From: Lama guanicoe | Taxonomy: Eukaryota | Direction of reading: 5' to 3' | DNA: 64,000 bases | Assembly (NCBI GenBank): GCA_013239625.1 | Contig: MU054187.1 | Location: forward strand, 5,095,757-5,159,756 | Shown: positions 1-11,835 of the stretch, piece by piece | Position numbering within the stretch: position 1 is the stretch's first letter | Layout: every line of letters starts with the position of its first letter | Position numbers and translations under genes: made by a program | Notes under the pieces: model-generated | What the model was told of the DNA's origin: nothing | Databases searched by the model: none | The model's input: only the letters and a program-made list of their open reading frames with translations

Positions 1-29
1 CAGGGTATCCGGTACACCTCCCCACGCCT

Positions 30-365
30 TTGCAGGTGCTCTCGTCTGCCATCTTGCCCATGTCCATCCATCTGCTGGTACCACCCTCCTCAAGGACCAG
101 CTCAGCTGTAACCTTCTCAGCCGCTGTCACTGACTCTCCTTCCCCTGCAGGACGACCTGCGCTCCCCCCACGCTTCACACTCATCACTGCTGCTGCGTGC
201 GTTGTGCCATGGAGGTGCCTCGTGTTCATGTGACCACCCCCCCGAGTGGGAGGACTCCGCAGGGACAGGAACCTTGCTGTGCTCCAATCTCACTTCTAGG
301 ACCAGTGAAGTTCCGGGCGCAGGAACAGGGGCTCAACAACGCTGACTGAGTGGAGCGGAACTGAC
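30..365 (+). mobile_element. LINE-2 3' end fragment, unusually GC-rich
   Basis: Order of motifs (ccttctcag...cactgactc, ccgcagggacaggaacc, ggggctcaacaacgctgactgagtgg) follows the L2 3' terminus (...gagggcagggacc...gctcaataaatgtttgttgaatgaa); boundaries approximate. Confidence 0.6.
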
Positions 366-3300
366 TGTGCCGCAGACATTCAGTACAACGGCTCTACCAA
401 AGTGCACATTTCAAGAGTGAAAAAAAGTGAGACCGAGCTTCTACACATGCTCTCCACTCAGCCGGGCCATCGGTGAGTTCGAGATTTGAGTCACTTCATT
501 TTATTTATTCATTCAGTCATCCATTCAACAAAGTAAATGATTCCACACAAGTCAATATTGAAACTGCACAGTGTCTGCATCTACTTTTGAACTGTCCTCT
601 TCCTAGGGTGGTCCCTGGTTTTGCGTCACTGTGATGGCTTACTTCAGAGCGCTGCTGGCTTCTTAGAGGGCACGGTTTTAGCAACCAGCAAAGTCATGAA
701 CCAATGGGAAAGCCTGAGGTAAGTGTAAGAAAAGCAACAGAAGAAATTTAGCCAGCCGTGAACAAGAGTATCTCACTTGTTCAACAGCCAAAAAAAAAAA
801 GAGAGGGAGAGAGACAGAGAGAGAGGGTGGAGATTCAGCTGGTCACTGTTCCTGCCCATGTGTGCCTTCACTGTACAGCAGCAGCTACGGAGCCTGAAAG
901 GTCTTTCAGTCTCATAAATGGGCTATTCTCCTTCAGCAATCTGGGTTTGGATAAGAAAGCTTACAAGGTCTGGAATCCACTCGTATTGTCAGTCTTATAA
1001 GCCTGTAACCCTTGGACACCGAGAAATGCAATTAGCAGCACTTGCCATTTGAGTGACACTCAGGTTCCAGGTATCGGACAGAGTGATTCTATCGTTTCAC
1101 TTTGCAAAGTTTCAAGTTGCCGGAGAGAAGCACGTTTCACTTAAGTTCCAATATTTAACAGATGTCTGCTTTCTCCCGCACTTGCTCCAAGAACACCAAA
1201 TATTTGGATGCAAAATTTCCATGAGAACACGAAGCACTTTAACACAGCTATAGAACTGCTGTAAAAACCCAACAAACAAACAAACAAACAAAACGCAAAG
1301 TCCCCGTGGTTAGGCCAGAAGGAAGGCGTGAGGGAAACAGGGGCTGGGGGTGGAAGGTGGGGGCTGACTGCGGAAGGCTTTCCTGATCACAGCAATTCCA
1401 CCAGCTAATTCCGTGCTCTCGCCTCTGCGCCTCTTTATTTGTGGTTTCACCATGAAAGCTTACAACCTGTTAAAGAAACAATCTACAAGGAAATGCTTCC
1501 AGGTTTTGGTTCACTGTTAAAGCTGTATCCAGACTGGCTAGTCCTAGGCTCTTGAACATTACTGGTTAGTAAAAGACTAGGTGACTGAGGTCAAAACTTC
1601 ATATATAATGTAAAAAATTATATGTATATTATCTATCAATCAATTTAATCTCTAGTTCACAGATACACCTATGCTCCTGAGAGATGTTAGAATTACAGAC
1701 CTTAAAGTTATCCTTCAGTTGCACTTCAGATCAAAAAATTTGTGATTTGCAGACATGTTTGTGGTTTATTGTTTGTTTCTGTTAGTCATTTGAAACATGT
1801 CTCTCTGTAACATGAACAAGTTTGTTTTAATTTTTCAATGCATTAAAGATGATTCGAAATACAGAATGGTTTCTTTTTAAAACCACCCTTTCTGTTTGAC
1901 AGCACCCACTGGTTTGAGTCTAAGTACCTTCGTAAAATTCTGGGATTTGTTGCACAGATTTATATCTTTCCATGTTCCCTCTCATCATTAAGCCAATTAT
2001 GAAGGAATTATTACCATTGCTCAATCTGATTTTTTATGGACTTCATTGAACTAGTCTCATCACTCACGATACACTCAGGAGATTGGTCCACTGCCCAGAA
2101 GTGCACAAAGGATATTTCTGGTGAACTCCCATTAGCCTTACGAGGAGTCACCCATATACATATGATCCTCATCAAGAGATGGATACCGACTTCTATGTAT
2201 TTGAACGTGGTAATAGGTCCTGTCTTGCGTAGCTGTGACCTACTGCTCTTTGCTCACGTGCTTGTTAGCCAGTTGAATTTAGGAAGGCTTCGTGTTTCAC
2301 TGCTGTCCCTTGTGAATTATTAGGCATCAACTCCCCAACACCAGGTCTCACAACTCTGTGCAAAGCAGAAACGTCTTTGAAATCTTTTGAAGCACGACTT
2401 ATTAATAGATGATATACTAAGCATTAGAATTAACCATACGGATTTGTATCTGTTACCATGAATTTGTGTGAAATAGCAGTGGGATCCCCTTCATGAGAAA
2501 TTCCTTTTCATATAGCTAATCAAAATATTTTTATTTCTGTTATTACAAAAGCACGTGTTTGACCCAGTTGTGTATAACTTATCATTCTTCAGAAAGAAAA
2601 TGAGGGCTTTTTTCCTTATTTATAAAGGATGTTTATAAATATGCTAGGCACATATTTCCAACTCTTAATTTAAAACTAATGGCTATAATAAGAACTACAA
2701 AAATGAAACGTTCTTTGTCCAGAGCCATAATTCAGAATGAGGGATTATTTTACAAAAGTTTAATAACTATATATTTTTGTATCTTCTTAGACTAAGAAAA
2801 ATGGATCACTTGCCCCCAAAACTCATGATATACACATCTGGCTATTTCAGCAAATGTCTAGAACTGAGGCTGCCTGATGCACACATCACCTAGAAACACT
2901 TTTCTAATACTGGAGGCAACACCCAGAAATGTGGATGAGGGTGGCTCTTGTTTTTTGGCTGCAATGGCAGTCAAGGGCTAACAATTAGAGCTTTTGAGAG
3001 AAGTTTTTCACAGTTAGGTTTCAAATACTGCAGATTTCTTAACTGCTATTAATATAAACAAAGTCTGCTTGATCTCTCAAAGTTACATTTAAAAGATAGT
3101 TTCTGATCCATCAAAGCTTGATAAAAAAGATAATTATGCTAGCCATAGTTTTTAAAAAAAAATTGTTTCTATCACTGCTGTAGTTTTTAGCTAGATTAGT
3201 AACTGTCTTCACAAACCTTGAGGTTCACAAAGTTGTAAAATTCTGAATTAAGGCTTTGGAAAATTTATTTAGCTGGTAACGGCATACAGATAGATAATTG

Positions 3301-5689
3301 CTCATTTAAGGGCAGAAATGCTTTATAACCAAAGTCCTTTTCCCTGGAGGAAATCATACTGTCATTTGTTTTTATTTTCAAAATGGAAACAAATGGCACT
3401 ACGACTCCTAAGGGCAAAAATGACTTCAGTCTATTTCTTCTCCCGTGCACGCTCATCTATTCATTTTCAGGGGGATGGCATATAGATCCAGTCCCCACCC
3501 CCACCTCCCACGACTTCCAGTGCTGCAAAATGTACCCACTCGCTGTACAGTAATTAACAGCTCTTGACTGGAAAACTGCCAGCATGTACAACGTGACACT
3601 CTTCCTTTGAACACTAACAAAGTGCATAAGTAATTTATGTTGGATTAAATATCCCTAACAGGACCCTTAAGTAACCCAATCACTTTAAACAGGCTCCACA
3701 TGCCTGCGCCAGTGCAGTGAAAATGTCAGACAGTGATAACCCACTAATAGCACAATTCTAACTATATTCCAGCCATTAGCATTTTATGACATCAATCCTC
3801 ATTAAACCTGGCAAGGAAAAAGATACTAATGTTTCCCAATTTTACAGCCAAGGTGGAAGAGAAACGGAGAAAATGTGTAGACAGGTGCTGTCTCCCAAAA
3901 AGGATTAACATTTTTTAAAAATGTGGTAGCAATTTTCTGTTAGTACCTTTGTTTGCATTGAAAGAGAGACAACAAAGAGGTAATGGCTACAAGGACCTCG
4001 ATGGAATTCAGCCAAGAGGGAAAGAAAAGACTGGCGTTTCAGCCATTGTGCTCCCTGCTAAAGCTCTGTGCCAGCTCATCTTCCAACCCATTATATGAAA
4101 TTTAATTTAACCTGCTATGCAATTAATTCAGATGTTCAGCCTATTTTTCTCATGGCAGAATCCCTCACACAATGCCTTATTTAAATATTAATCAGTCCTC
4201 TTTCAATTAGGACTAATTTGCTTCACAGGGTTTCTCTCATCTTCTGATTGCAGGAAAATGGAGGTAACTTGCAACGTTTGAGGATAATTAACATGGTATT
4301 TTTATAATACTGATACATCAAATGGGACCTTAATGAACCCCGCTGATTCCATTTAGTAAAGCATGCCTCAAAGTTATAATCAAGAGGAAAGCCATTGCCA
4401 TCTGTTTGAAATACTAAGGAGCACGATTTAAACACAAAATGCTTATTTCTCTAAACTGTCTATTGTAGAGGTCTGCAAAAGTCATTTTTCTATGCAAACT
4501 AATTGTACAGTATTTTCATCCGAACCTTTTATTGCACATATACAAAACAGTGACATCTTAAGATGTAGGGGCCCTGTTTAATTAAATGTTGACAACCACA
4601 GAAATAAGTAATGTTTGTCAATGTTACTTTTTTAAGCATGCTGTGCAGTTGCCGCTGGAGCAGCAGTAGCAAGTTTTATACTTCTAATGAATCTAATATT
4701 TCACGGCCTTTTGTTTAATATTTGAAGAACTTTTCTTAACAAAAGCCACGAAGCTCTACCAAACGGAAAAACACACGCATCCACCGTTGGTTTGCTGCCC
4801 CTAACGTCACAGAGTAAACAGGTTAACATTTACACACGGCCAGGTGTGCACAGTGTTCCCATCTGCTTCCAGGCAGGTTGAAGGTCAATGTTTCAGGCTT
4901 TGGGCTGTTCTAGAGTTCCTTGGTTACCTCTAGGTTGCAGAGGCTATTGGCTCCCAGGGTCATTATCAAAGCACTCAACATGTTCCAATGGTAATAAAAC
5001 ATGATCGATAACAGATTGCTTATTTACAATGTTTACACTCGGGTCACAAGGATTTCCTCTGTTAACTTTCGAAAAAGTAAGCATTACCTGCGCCTGTTTT
5101 AAATGAAATCAGAACTTCCCCTCCTTCATAAAGCAACTCCACATGCTAGATCATTATATCATAAGCATCAATCGGCCAGAATTTCACTGGAAAAGCAAAA
5201 CCAAACATTTGAAATGTGAAATATCACATTCATATTAAGGATCAGTCAACCAATAAAAGTATCAACTGAGTGTGTGTCTTAGATGTGTTTACCAGATGCC
5301 AAGAAGAAATAATTGAGGGTACAAAGGACAGGCACGTCTCCATTCCTGGGCCAGTGCAGGGTGAGAAACCCACTCCAGTCACACCAGACAGAAAGAGCAA
5401 GAGAGGCCATGGTGTGCAAAAGGACAGTGAAGAGATTAACTGGACTGGAGCAAGATTTGGTTGAGGATTTATGGAAAATAAACTCCATGGCTAGAGTGAA
5501 GTTGTTTCACTAGTCTGAATTAACAGCACATTGAAATAATTTATGTTTCTTACTTCGTTGACTTTGAAAACTTCTAGGACAAAAGCCACAGATTTCTCAT
5601 CCCAGTGCCCACTGCAGGGCCTTGTTTTACATGGGCTGGGCACCAGTCAATGGCTTATTGATTTTAATAGAATTCTTGGGGTCGTTTGA

Positions 5690-6580
5690 CAACTACTGCT
5701 GAGCACAGGCCATGGTCCATGCGCTGTTCTAATCACTGCATATAAATTAGTGAACAAAAGGTGAGACGCGTCCCTGCCCTCAAGGAGGAGAGTAAGTTCT
5801 AACGGGCAGAGAAGGCCAATTCAAAAGGCTAACAAATAAATGGATAATTCCCAATCATTGAAATCTATGAAAATGCAAAGCCAGGTGTTAAGAACAGAAA
5901 TTGAATGGTAGGAACATTTTGGATTGGGTGGTCAAGAAAGGCCTCACTGAAGAGGTGGCATTTAGGATAAGAATTTAATGACGACAAGATGGCTTCAAGG
6001 AAGACTGCGCCAGTTCAAGAGAGCAAGTGGATGGCATCCGTGCGCCCAGAATAAGCTTAGCTGGTGTGAGGAACATCAAAAATAAATAAACAAGTAAACA
6101 AACTAGAGGAAAACACAAAATGAGGCTGGAGAGATGGATATGGGCTAGAAAATACATGGTCCTGAGTTCATGAATTTTTCCCCCAAGTGCAATGAGAAGA
6201 AACTGGAGGGTTGTTTGCAAGACAGTGACATCATCTGATCTCTGTTCTCCCTCTTATCTCCTACATGAAACAGGGATGTACGGGAGCAAGCAGAAAATCA
6301 AGGCGACCAGTCAGTAAGCCTCTGCAGCAAGCCAGGTAGACAACGTTCATGGTTTGGCTCGAGTGGGGATATCAGCGATGAAAACAGATGCAGACAGCGA
6401 AACATGCAAATGAGAGTGAAGGAGAGAAGTGTGGGATCAAAGATGACTTCAAGGATGCTGCCTTAAATAACTGGCATCTCCTTCTGAGATGGAAACACTA
6501 GGGAAGGAACAGCTTAAGGGAACGATCTAGAGTTCTCTTGTGGTCGCTCTGATTTTACAAGTGGAGCTGTGGCATACTAA
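5690..6580 (-). mobile_element. LINE-2 3' region
   Basis: Typical antisense L2 motifs: gtccctgccctcaaggag, gggtggtcaagaaaggcctcactgaagaggtggcattt, gtgcaatgagaagaaactggagggtt, gtgacatcatctgatc, gggatcaaagatgacttcaagg. Confidence 0.85.
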
Positions 6581-7749
6581 AATCAACTCATCAAGATAAT
6601 ATTTAAATCATTGACTATTATTAGCGACTCTATGAATATTCTTTTCAACTTCTGAAATAGCTATTTCCTTCTAGTTTCACTAGCTACTATAGAGAAAAGT
6701 GGTGTTACAGAGCTGGGGCAATTCATAATTATATACATAGAGAGTCCAATTTCTGCACCATGTCAGTGGAAGAACACTATTTAAGGCAGAGCCAGCACTG
6801 AGATATATGTAAAGACTGCATTCAAAGCTGCCTGTCCAGCCTCCTGAGAGCTCCACTCGCAGAGCGCATGTTCTAGTAGCGAGGAGAACAGGGTGGAGCT
6901 GCCCACACGATCTCAGTAGACTAGGCCCTCTCAGGATAGATTCCTATAGTAATTTCTTAGCTGCTCTGCCCTCTCCAACTGGAAGTCCTTGGAATCCTCA
7001 GGGAAGCACATGAAAGAAAATGTACCCAAATAAACCATCAAATTAGCCAAGATTTCGATTTGTACTTACAAATCTACAAAGGGACCTACAGCCCTCCGCC
7101 CGAGCTGGGCTTCCAGTCTGCTGGGAATTCTTGAAAACACCGCCCATGATGCCACTGTCCTTCGTGGCCGCCCATCCAATTACTTATCCCTCGCAGCTTG
7201 AGAGATTCTATCTGTCTCACAGTTTAAAGACAGAACGGCTGCCAACAGGCCAAAACGATCATTAATAAGTTAACTGTTACCAGATAAGATTGCAATCTAT
7301 GCCAGTCCTATTTTAAAGTAATCTCTACTATAATTACTACACGAACTCCGCCAAGACAGGAGCTCTGACGTGGGAGCCAGGTGACGAGGTTATGCGTCCA
7401 CTCGCAGCGCAACAGGTGCCTTGTGTACGTGCCCGTCCCCGGCCCCACCCCTGCCCCCACGATGAGCAATACATGGTGCTTCAAATGTATTAAAAATGAA
7501 ACTGATGCTTTACATAGCCTGCCATCCCCCTAAAAACTAAAACAGAATGGCTCAGTCCTGTTGGTTGGTTCGACCCCCCATCTAAGAAGACAGGGCTGCT
7601 GCTGAGTGCCAAGGTGGGGAGCAGATGGGAGTCCCTGGCCCCCTCCACCTGAGCACATCTAACCATCAGTACCTCCCCAGAGTCCCACTGCCCTGCCACC
7701 AGCACACCATCACCCCATTTAACAGCAAGTTACATAAAGAAAAGCGATA

Positions 7750-7915
7750 ATAGTTGTAACAACAAATCCGTACAGAAAGCTCATTTTGAACCAAAAACTG
7801 TTCGTTTTGGGGCTTCCAGAGATGAACTCATTTATCTGCACAACTCTACAAGGTAGGGAGATTATCATCCCATTTTATAGCTCAGCAAGTGCAGGCACTT
7901 CACAGAAGTTAAGAA
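7750..7915 (-). mobile_element. MIR SINE fragment
   Basis: aactcatttatctgcacaactctacaaggtagggagattatcatcccattttatag resembles the antisense MIR core. Confidence 0.7.
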
Positions 7916-8197
7916 CCAGCTCGAAGTCTCAAATTAGGAAGAGGAAGAGGAGGGGAGAGATGCGGGGGGGCAGGGGCCGGGGAGGAGGCCCAATGGGGAG
8001 AGTTTCCGCAGAAGGTAGGATAACTGCGCGTGCCCTGGGGACCAACCGCATCCGCCCATCACCCAAGCACCATTTCCCAGAACGGCACACTGTTTTCTAT
8101 TGCCTCCTCTAGTACTGAATCTTAAATATTTGCCTAACTAGAGTTTAGCTGGAAAAATTAGAGGTGAATATGTCAAGCCTGTCAAATGGTACTACGA

Positions 8198-8374
8198 GGG
8201 GGGAGGGTGTAGCTCAGCGGTAGCGCACATGCTTAGCAAACACGAGGTCCTGGGTTGAATCCCAGGCCCTCCATTAAAAAAAAAAAAGTAAATAAATAAA
8301 CCTAATTACCTACTCCCTCCAAAAAACAAACAAACAAACAAAAACAAAAACAAACAAATGAAAAAAGAACAAGA
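8198..8374 (+). mobile_element. Young tRNA-Ala(AGC)-derived SINE (camelid Vic-1-like) with A-rich tail and 15-bp TSD
   Basis: Head gggtgtagctcagcggtagcgcacatgcttagcaaacacgaggtcctgggttgaatccc resembles tRNA-Ala (A box 8210-8220, AGC at 8235-8237, B-box-like 8253-8262). It is followed by poly-A, aaataaataaacctaattacc and a (CAAA)n tail. Flanking direct repeats caaatggtactacga (8183-8197) and caaatggtactatga (8375-8389). Confidence 0.9.
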
Positions 8375-8714
8375 CAAATGGTACTATGAAATAGCAGAAA
8401 ACACCCCTCCTCCCCGAGCGCCTGGACCGGTTCCATCCTTTGAGAAGCTAACAGGTTAGTACTCTCCATAAACATGTGAGCTCATACACTTAATTTAATA
8501 AAGCAATAGATTTCCATTGCTAAGCTATATAAATGTGTGTGTAGTCGAAAATTAGAACCAATAACCTAATAACACTTATGGTGACTACAGTAATTCCCAG
8601 AATACATCTAACTTCCATTCCTGTATTTTATTTGCTCATGCATGCAAACAAAGTCATGCGTTCCACTGCTGACCTGTAATCTTTCAGACTCGATAAGGAG
8701 CCGTTCTCTTCGCT

Positions 8715-9400
8715 ATCATTTATTCACTTTTTCGTCAATTCATTTAAAGAGAAATATTGTGTGCTCAGGGTGCTCGGTCCAGGGGCTACAAAGCCTAAAA
8801 CGGCATGACAGGGGCTCTGTTCCCCGAGATCAGTGATACAGTACAGGGTGAGTGACAGGTACTCATAATTATAACAATAATGATGACGAAATAATCATGA
8901 CGCGAATCAGGATGCTGATGAGAGCGAGGGTCTACCGTGGGCCTGTTCTAATTGCTGCACATATGCGAACTCATTTCCACATTAGAACCGCCCCATGAGG
9001 TTACTATTATCCTCATTTACAGAGGAAGAAATGGCCCAGAGAGCTGAGGACTCGGCCGCGCAACTCCCCTCGGGCCCGCGCCCGGCAGGTGCCCAGGCGC
9101 TAGCTCTGGTCTTCGGCCCCAACCCGGAAACTGGAGAAAAGAGATGCAGTCAGACTCAGGAGGTGGGGGGAGGGTATTAGAGAAGCTTCCAGGAGGAGGT
9201 GCTCTTTGTGTTCAATTTTTAAGCGTGAATAAGACAATCAGATGACAGAGGCGCGTCCTGGGAAAGGGAATACAGTACCTAAGGGGATGGAGCCCAGAGA
9301 CAGCTGATCGTGTGCCAGAGGTCACACGTCAAGGGGCAGAGAGAGAAGTCTGGAGAGTCAGGCCTTGTCCTGCTCAGGACTGGAGTACTGTCTTATCTCT
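8715..9400 (-). mobile_element. LINE-2 3' region interrupted by a MIR
   Basis: Starts with an antisense L2 tail (tcatttattcac...ttcattt) and resumes after the MIR with agagaagcttccaggaggaggtg and cctgggaaagggaatacag...aaggggatggag. Confidence 0.7.
8870..9130 (-). mobile_element. MIR SINE nested in L2
   Basis: aactcatttccacattagaaccgccccatgaggttactattatcctcatttacagaggaagaaatggcccagagag matches the antisense MIR core. Confidence 0.8.
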
Positions 9401-11654
9401 ACTGTACCTTGGCCTGCATCTTAAAAAATCGTCATTTGAATTTTTTAATTATTTCGGGACAATGATGGCCTTGCTGGAGAGTACAACTTTTGCTGGAAAT
9501 TCTAAAAACACCTTATTCCAGACCGTCTACCCACCAGGTCATCTCTGTGTAATAGTGAGGGTCCTTCTTAAATTAATAAGGAAAATATTGTCAATCAATA
9601 AACCTAAGTTACATTCAGATTACAACCATCCTTTCTTTTCGAAGTTGGCTATCAGTATTTATAGGATGAAACTGCTTTTAATCACTACCGGTATTAAAAC
9701 TGGCATAGTTTATTCTCCACAAATCTGGTGTGTGTGCATGTGTGTCTGTGTGCGCACGTGGGACTGGAGATGTTTAATGCTGTTTGTCCTGCTGAGGTCC
9801 AAGTTAAACGGATTGCTTTGTTTTTGCCGGGGTCATCTGTCTGTCCCTTAAAAAACATTGGTGCTTCTGTGAACTTTCTGAGTCTATGTGTATTTCTCCA
9901 CTTTATGAAGAGGTCTGAAAAAAATCATCCTTCTAAAATAAAATCTGGCAGTCCCTTAGATAACCTAGGAAACGTGTCCAGGGGTGCCCATGGTTAGACG
10001 GTGCACGCTCTCTGAGTCCTCATCCAGTCATTTCCCGCCTGTTGGAACCAGCCTGCCGTGTGGCTTTGTGATCACAGGTAACCCGTGTGCTGACTAGCTA
10101 AGACACTACTGTGAGAAGCCCCAGAGTCTCCCGCTCTGTTTGCCTTGTCTTGGCCCTCTCATTTGATTACACCAGCACGTGACTTTTTTCACATATTACT
10201 CAATGTTCACATATTCCATATATCTTTTTCATGAATGTATGGTATTTCTTATTTCATTTTTACTTTTGTTTTAAAACACTGCCCTCTTTCCAACTCTTGC
10301 CCTTGCTAAAGGTCTTGGTAGAAGTTCATAGTAGACTCAGACTGTCAGCCTCCCTACTCTGACTTGCTTCCTACGAGTTGCTAGAGTGTGTGCTATTACA
10401 CTTGTAATTCTGTGTTTATAGCTATTTCAAAAGTTGTTTCCCCCTCTTTTTGGCTCTAAAAAAAGTCTTCATGCTCTCTGTTAAGAACTTTCTGTAGTTC
10501 TTTTTCTTCTTTGAGTAGTAGCCAAACATGCCATTTTTCTTTTCTTAAGAACCTCTGAAGGCACATCTAATTTGGGTGTCCATCTATTCTGATTTAAGGT
10601 TGAAAAATGATCATAAAATAGCAACTTTATACAAAACAATCCTAAAATATGAGGGTTCCAAGACGGTATTAGAGAGCACCTAGTTGTCTATGACTTCTGA
10701 GATGTAAGACTCTCTGTGGAAGAATTTGCTTACAGTGCCACCAATTAAATCCTGAATTAAGTCTCCAGTATGAATTGCCTGGTGTTTTTTATGCTTAAAG
10801 CATATACCATAGGTATAATGGTAAACAGGTTATTTTAGCAGAAGCCTTTAGAGTGTTGAATTTCATGCTGGCATAAAGGTGAACATATTTTGCTCTAACA
10901 AGAGGGAACTATGTAAGTTCTCCTCACAATCTATGGCTGTCTGAACTCAAAGCTGAGGAGGCAGTGCTCTGAACTTTCCGGTGAGTTGGATAAATGTCTA
11001 CACAAGACCAAGAAGGTAGATGATCATTAAACAGTAACAAGGTCAAGTTTTTTTTGTCTTTTACAACAAAAAAATCTGTTCTTGGCCTGTGCTATCTCCT
11101 CCCTTGTGAAGAGTTGAGCTATCAACATTTTTCTCACATCCCATCTGAGATTCTCAGCCAACAGTATCATTTTTTAACAACAGTAGCTCTTTCAGAGAGA
11201 CTACATTACTTATTTCTCCTCCTTTTGATAAGGCATGAACCACAAGTGTCCTTAAAAGTTGAGGTTATCATTGGCACCCATAATACTATATAAGAATTTT
11301 AAGACTGGAAGCTTTTGGCTCCACCAGATTCACCTTCTGCCTTTTATAACCAGGACACCCTGCCTCCCCGAACCCACTACCACCCCCTGCCAAAAGTGCA
11401 GCTGTGGTTCTCTGCCTCAGCTCACAAGTAGCAGGGACCCTGCGAGGGGACTCTGGCTCTTCCACTGGTGCTAATTCTCCCACAACACGTGCCTCTTAGT
11501 GATTTGTTCTCTTAAAAATGTTTTACTTATTTTTATTTTCTCTTGGTTTTGCTCCATTTTGAAGCCAATAACAAGTTGACTGGTAAAATGGCAGCCAAAA
11601 AGGGGAAGATCTTTATGGAATCTTCAGTTATTTCTCTATTGTTGCCCTGAGGTT

Positions 11655-11835
11655 CTGGGGCAGCCTGGTGTGATGAAATCTCACCGGACCGGGGGAATGT
11701 GAGTAATTCCTAGGCTGTTCCTAACCAGCTTCAGGCCTTGGGCAAAGACATGTAGCTTTTCTAGGATTTTATTTTCTTCATTTATGAAATGACAGGTGGG
11801 CTAAATGACTTCTGACCCCCACTTCCCTGCTTGAG
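11655..11835 (+). mobile_element. MIR (MIR3/MIRc-like) SINE
   Basis: gggcagcctggtgtgatgaaa...ctaaccagcttcaggccttgggcaa...ttcttcatttatgaaatgacaggtgggctaaatgacttctga follows the MIR consensus. Confidence 0.7.

Noticed and set aside
8205..8273. tRNA-Ala(AGC) gene
   Set aside because: T-loop/B box is degenerate (GGTTGAATCC), stems are mismatched, and it has a SINE body, A-rich tail and TSD; it is a SINE head.
9312..9851. Longest ORF (179 aa)
   Set aside because: Non-ATG start inside an L2 relic, runs through a (TG)-rich stretch, no recognisable domain or splice context.
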